Positions 59,864 through 64,000 of a stretch of DNA of 64,000 bases are shown here, piece by piece. A program made the translations under genes and the position numbers. The stretch's first letter is position 1, and every line of letters starts with the position of its first letter. This DNA comes from a bacterium. Its GTDB lineage: Archaea; Micrarchaeota; Micrarchaeia; Micrarchaeales; CABMGC01. The notes below the pieces were generated by a model. The model saw nothing but the letters and a program-made list of their open reading frames with translations, was not told the origin of the DNA and ran no database searches. The stretch lies in NCBI GenBank assembly GCA_021829835.1, contig JAKBPE010000003.1:3427-67426 (forward strand), in the 5' to 3' direction.

Positions 59864-61621
59864 TCATCTGTTTTTTTTGGTTTTCTCTTTTATTTGGTCA
59901 AGCTTTTCAAGAAGATCGTTGTCGTCATCAGAAAGGAAGTCGCGGAATTTGTATTTTAATGCGCGTTCTTCGTCGTCATTTAAGAATACGGTGAGGATAT
60001 CACCATCGTTTATCTGCCTTCCGAAGGTGACTCCATCCATAGATACGGCTATGTTTGCTGATTTTTTTGCCTCCTGCATGCTTATACCGTTATCCTGCAT
60101 CTCTTTTATCTTTCCGAGGATCTCCCCCTGTGCATTTATCATCTGTACTCCGGGCCTTATCTTCCCCCTGATCACCTCGACACCGAATATGGCAGGGTGT
60201 GATACCCTAAAGCATGAGTTTGGCAGTATCTTTATTTCTCCCGGATAACTTAGGGATCTCTCTATTGCGGTATGCTCCCTCTTCCTCTCTTCGGCCAGCC
60301 ATAGATTGTAATCGTCTATTATCTTATAGATTATATTTCCAGAGATTATGTTTACCCCGGTTGCATATGCCTCCGCTTTGGCTTCTTCTTCAAGAGGCAC
60401 ATTGAATGCCAATATTACAGAACTGAATGGGTCAGTAGCTCTCATTCCGAAAGCATCAAGGACATCTCTTTTTGTGACGCTGCCTATCTCTTTCTTTCCG
60501 ACATTTACTCCTGAGGATTTGAGCATTCTTGAAAGAGCCTCAAGACTCCCCATTGTGTCAGTCTTCAATATTACGCCTGCCTTGTCCGTAGCAAAAAGCT
60601 CCTGTATCTCCGATCTTATTATGTTTTCATAATTCGGAGTGTCAGTAGATACTAGAAGTGATCCAGGAAGTGCATCTTCCAAGTCTGTTCCGCTTATCTT
60701 TACACCTGAAGCTGCACTTACACTGTCAACGTAAACGAACCTGCTTCCTGAAGCGCGTATATCCTCTGTTTCTTTCGGCTTGAGCAGGGCCCTGATCTTT
60801 GAGGTCTTTATTCCTGATTGCGTTGAGAATGCCACAGTGTCATTGACCTTTAGAGTTCCGTTGTATAATATTACAGAGATAGTTGTACCAAGGCCTTTGT
60901 CTTCTTTTCGCTCTATTATGCTGCCAAGCCCAGGACCGTTGACCTCTATCTGCAACTTCATCTCTAGGAAACGCTGCGAGAGTCCTGTTGCATAAACAAG
61001 AAGCTCGGCTATGCCCTCGCCTGTCTTTGCACTCACAGGAACTATGACTATTTCTTTCCTGAAATCCTTCACGCGGTCAAATCTCTCTGCGTTAAATCCG
61101 CGTTCACTGAGCTTCCCTACCAAGCCATAGATTTTTGCCTCCAGATCTTCAGATGCGTTCATATTTTGCTTTGAAAGGCTTTCACTGAAACTGTATGTTT
61201 CATATGATTTCCATCCGTTTACCAAATCAATCTTATTTGCTGCTACTATAAATGGAGTCTTGTATTCCTTTAATATGTCAAGAGCCTCGTAGGTCTGCGG
61301 TTCAAAGCTCTTGGATACATCAACAACAAGAATTGCAAGGTCTGCAACGGAGCCTCCCCTTCGCCTGAGGTTTGTAAAGGCTTCATGGCCTGGGGTGTCT
61401 ATGAAGAGAAGCCCGGGTATGGTTATATTTATATTGAATTTCTTCAGAAGTTCCCCTGATATTTTCGAGATTGTACTTAGAGGCACTTCGCTTGCGCCTA
61501 TATGCTGTGTTATTCCTCCGGCCTCTGTTGCTGTCAGTGTTGTATTTTTTATCTTATCCAGTATGCTGGTCTTGCCATGGTCTACATGCCCCATGACTAC
61601 TATTATAGGCTGGCGTATCAT
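59864..61621 (-). CDS. infB: Translation initiation factor aIF5B (IF-2)
   Basis: MIRQPI, GHVDHGKT, GGITQHIGA, DTPGHEAF, NKID, D..GSLEA. Confidence 0.97.
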   Translation of the reverse strand: MIRQPIIVVMGHVDHGKTSILDKIKNTTLTATEAGGITQHIGASEVPLSTISKISGELLKKFNINITIPGLLFIDTPGHEAFTNLRRRGGSVADLAILVVDVSKSFEPQTYEALDILKEYKTPFIVAANKIDLVNGWKSYETYSFSESLSKQNMNASEDLEAKIYGLVGKLSERGFNAERFDRVKDFRKEIVIVPVSAKTGEGIAELLVYATGLSQRFLEMKLQIEVNGPGLGSIIERKEDKGLGTTISVILYNGTLKVNDTVAFSTQSGIKTSKIRALLKPKETEDIRASGSRFVYVDSVSAASGVKISGTDLEDALPGSLLVSTDTPNYENIIRSEIQELFATDKAGVILKTDTMGSLEALSRMLKSSGVNVGKKEIGSVTKRDVLDAFGMRATDPFSSVILAFNVPLEEEAKAEAYATGVNIISGNIIYKIIDDYNLWLAEERKREHTAIERSLSYPGEIKILPNSCFRVSHPAIFGVEVIRGKIRPGVQMINAQGEILGKIKEMQDNGISMQEAKKSANIAVSMDGVTFGRQINDGDILTVFLNDDEERALKYKFRDFLSDDDNDLLEKLDQIKEKTKKNR

Positions 61622-61694
61622 TAGATCTACTTTATGACAAGTAATATAAATAGAATGTGATTAAAATATAAAATAATACACTATCAGTGAGAAA

Positions 61695-62252
61695 ATGGAA
61701 AAAGCATTAGTAGTAATTAAACCAGATGGAATGGAGAAGGCCGTTATCGGAAAGGTTATATCCGAATTTGAAAAAGGAGGCCTTAAGGTAGTGGGAATAA
61801 AGATGCTGAATGCGGATAAGAAACTCGTAGGAAGGCACTACATAGCAGATGAGAAATGGCTTTTTTCAGTTGGAAAGAGTGCAAAAGCGTCTGATGCCAA
61901 AAGAGGGATAGTCAACAATGAAACAGAGAGGGAGATAGGCATGAGGATAAGGTCATATCTCATAAATGAACTTACAAGGCTTCCAGTCATTGCAATAGTG
62001 CTTGAGGGAAGAGATGCGAACAAGACAGCAAGGAAGATAGCTGGCGCAACGGAGCCTAAATCAGCAGATCCAAATACAATAAGAGGCATGCTCTCCACAG
62101 ACACATATAAGCTTGCGGACAGCGAGAAGAGATCCATAAGAAATATAGTACACGTATCTGACAGCCCCAAATCTGCAAGCAGGGAGATAAGCGTATGGTT
62201 CAAGCCTTCCGAACTCTATAAATACAAGACAGTAAGCAGGCAGAGCAGATAG
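61695..62252 (+). CDS. ndk: Nucleoside diphosphate kinase
   Basis: IKPDG, GATEP..A.P.TIRG, NIVHVSDS, EI.VWF. Confidence 0.94.
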   Translation: MEKALVVIKPDGMEKAVIGKVISEFEKGGLKVVGIKMLNADKKLVGRHYIADEKWLFSVGKSAKASDAKRGIVNNETEREIGMRIRSYLINELTRLPVIAIVLEGRDANKTARKIAGATEPKSADPNTIRGMLSTDTYKLADSEKRSIRNIVHVSDSPKSASREISVWFKPSELYKYKTVSRQSR

Positions 62253-62516
62253 GATAGGCGGTAAACTTCTGATAGCATTTTCAGCTAGCCTGATTTAAAT
62301 AATATGGCTAGATTCCTTTTCTTCAGTTAGATTAAAGGATAACTTAGGCAAAAGATACCATAATAGTGCTTATCCTGAAGCTGCAGTTTTTATTTATTAT
62401 AGCTAGCCTGCTTTAGATTTTAGATTTACGTATCAATAGTTCTGCAGCGATTGGAAACCTAACTAAAATATAAGGGCAAATGCCCAAATCAATAAGCAAA
62501 ATTTCTTTTTAGGATA

Positions 62517-64000
62517 TCATGAAGGCGGACCGAACCATGAAATAGATACCATTCCGCCTGCGCCTGCTCCTCCGGATGAGTAGCCGGTTCCAATCTGGCC
62601 TCCGGTATGTGGAACTCCGGTAGAAGAAACTGCAGATCCTCCGCTGCCTCCGCCGCCGTAAGGATTTCCAGGGTTTCCATTTACATTTAAGCTGACTGGT
62701 TGACCAGCAGAGTTTAGATAGTATGGAGTGGCGCCACCTGTGCCCATGTTTCCTCCGGAGTTTCCGCCATTATTGGCATCTCCCTCACACATAGGTGTTG
62801 ATCCGGTAGTGCTTCCTTGGTAGCCTTGATCATTTGTAAGTACATTTACATTTGATCCTGAAGCAGAATTTGTGCCTCCGTTGCCTCCGTATATGTAGGC
62901 ACAGTATATTCCACCTGAGATGAAATATTGGCTTGAGTCCCATGCACTCGCGCCTCCGGTTCCGCCGCCCGCGTTCAACGTAAAGCTCGAGGTACTTGCT
63001 GATGATGAGCCGCCTGGGGTACCGGTATTTGAAAGAGTATAGCTTCCGCCAGCGCCGACGGTTACTGTTATTGTTGTGCCAGGCTGAAGTCCTGAAACGT
63101 CTGCCACAATATAGCCTCCGCCGCCTGCACCAGTTCCTGGTACTGAAGGTCCACTAGATAGAATGGTGCCATCTCCTCCGCCTCCTCCGGCGCCGACAAC
63201 TGAGATCTGATATGTTGTGCTTGTAGTTGTTCCACTTGGTGTTGTAAAGTAGTATGTACCTGGTGTAGTGTATGTAACTGTCTGCTGTGAACCTGGCAGA
63301 TACTCTGCAACTATTGAGGTAGTTCCTGCTGTTGTGGTTATGCCTGGATTCAAGCAGGGTGTGGAAGATACAAACTGCCCGTTCACATACCATCCGCTGA
63401 AGTAATAGCCTCCGGTTCCGTTCCATGCACCAGTACAGAACTCCTGTATCTGACTTCCCGCCGGAAGCATTGCCGTTGCGGAAGAGGTGCCATAAGGTAT
63501 GCTCGTGCATGTAGTGCCTACCTGCCCTGCCTGTCCATTTGCATTTAAGCTGAAGCATGCGCCCCAGTAGTTTGATGCCGCAGAAGGATTGGTTGAGATT
63601 ACTACAGGATATTCCTGATTGAAGTTTGCAGTCTCAATTACATTGTTTGTAATCATGACAATGGCATTGGTATCGCTTCCAGAATAGCATCCTGTGCCAC
63701 TGCATGTCCATCCTGTAAATACATATCCTGAAGCCGGAGTTTCAGAGATAGGTACATTTGTTCCATATGCATATGAACCACTTCCAGGGGATACTGTGCC
63801 TGCACCTGAAGGAGAGACACCCTCAGTAAGTGTGTAGTAGTTTATCTTGCATGTTGCAGTCTCTATTATGTTTGAACCCATAGTTACTGAAGATGATTGC
63901 AGAGATCCGGTGTATGAGCCTGTTCCTGTTCCTGTCCATGAGCCGAATGAGTATCCTGTTGAAGGAGTTGCACTAAAATCTACAACAGTGCCGTAGTCAT
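62517..64000 (-). CDS. Large surface protein, partial (5' end outside window): InlB-B/Flg_new-like repeats plus Gly-rich C-terminal domain
   Basis: Repeats with P..GY.F..W..G.G.Y.G...ETA; then TYTTPGTY.F...VVGAGGGGG..GGGG Gly-rich domain; frame open to the window end. Confidence 0.8.
   Translation of the reverse strand, partial: DYGTVVDFSATPSTGYSFGSWTGTGTGSYTGSLQSSSVTMGSNIIETATCKINYYTLTEGVSPSGAGTVSPGSGSYAYGTNVPISETPASGYVFTGWTCSGTGCYSGSDTNAIVMITNNVIETANFNQEYPVVISTNPSAASNYWGACFSLNANGQAGQVGTTCTSIPYGTSSATAMLPAGSQIQEFCTGAWNGTGGYYFSGWYVNGQFVSSTPCLNPGITTTAGTTSIVAEYLPGSQQTVTYTTPGTYYFTTPSGTTTSTTYQISVVGAGGGGGDGTILSSGPSVPGTGAGGGGYIVADVSGLQPGTTITVTVGAGGSYTLSNTGTPGGSSSASTSSFTLNAGGGTGGASAWDSSQYFISGGIYCAYIYGGNGGTNSASGSNVNVLTNDQGYQGSTTGSTPMCEGDANNGGNSGGNMGTGGATPYYLNSAGQPVSLNVNGNPGNPYGGGGSGGSAVSSTGVPHTGGQIGTGYSSGGAGAGGMVSISWFGPPS

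Noticed and set aside
1-64000. Numerous antisense or nested ORFs in the six-frame track (e.g. 31222..31824, 33821..34345, 46810..47415)
   Set aside because: They lie opposite well-supported genes and show shadow-ORF composition
1-64000. CRISPR arrays, transposases, integrases, rRNA, reverse transcriptase/DGR
   Set aside because: No spaced repeat arrays or diagnostic motifs seen; the ACAD repeat shows no adenine-specific variation

Overview
64 kb of a compact archaeal chromosome, most likely DPANN/Micrarchaeota (inferred from protein style, Q+1 class III signal-peptide pilins, BHB-intron tRNAs and frequent TTG starts). Housekeeping genes include L30e-S12-S7-EF2, aIF5B-S8e, DNA ligase, Hef helicase, ThiI, NDK, PyrH, ArgF, SOD and peroxiredoxin. 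There are three tRNAs (Gly-GCC; Trp-CCA and Ser-UGA with introns), two type IV pilus/Tad loci, two tandem FtsZ2-like genes, a beta-oxidation-type operon with duplicated acyl-CoA dehydrogenases, and an anaerobic class III ribonucleotide reductase operon. The most notable signals are: (1) the class III RNR is split, with its glycyl-radical domain on a separate, translationally coupled 65-aa gene, and its promoter carries two bacterial-type NrdR boxes 31 bp apart; (2) the tRNA-Ser(UGA) intron looks like a box C/D guide aimed at its own wobble U34, paralleling the known tRNA-Trp intron guide also present here; (3) a small protein in the aIF5B-S8e operon ends in a ribosomal P-stalk-like tail; (4) the two acyl-CoA dehydrogenases share a 205-bp identical block. 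No CRISPR array, transposase or integrase was seen. All calls were made by eye from motifs; no database searches were run.
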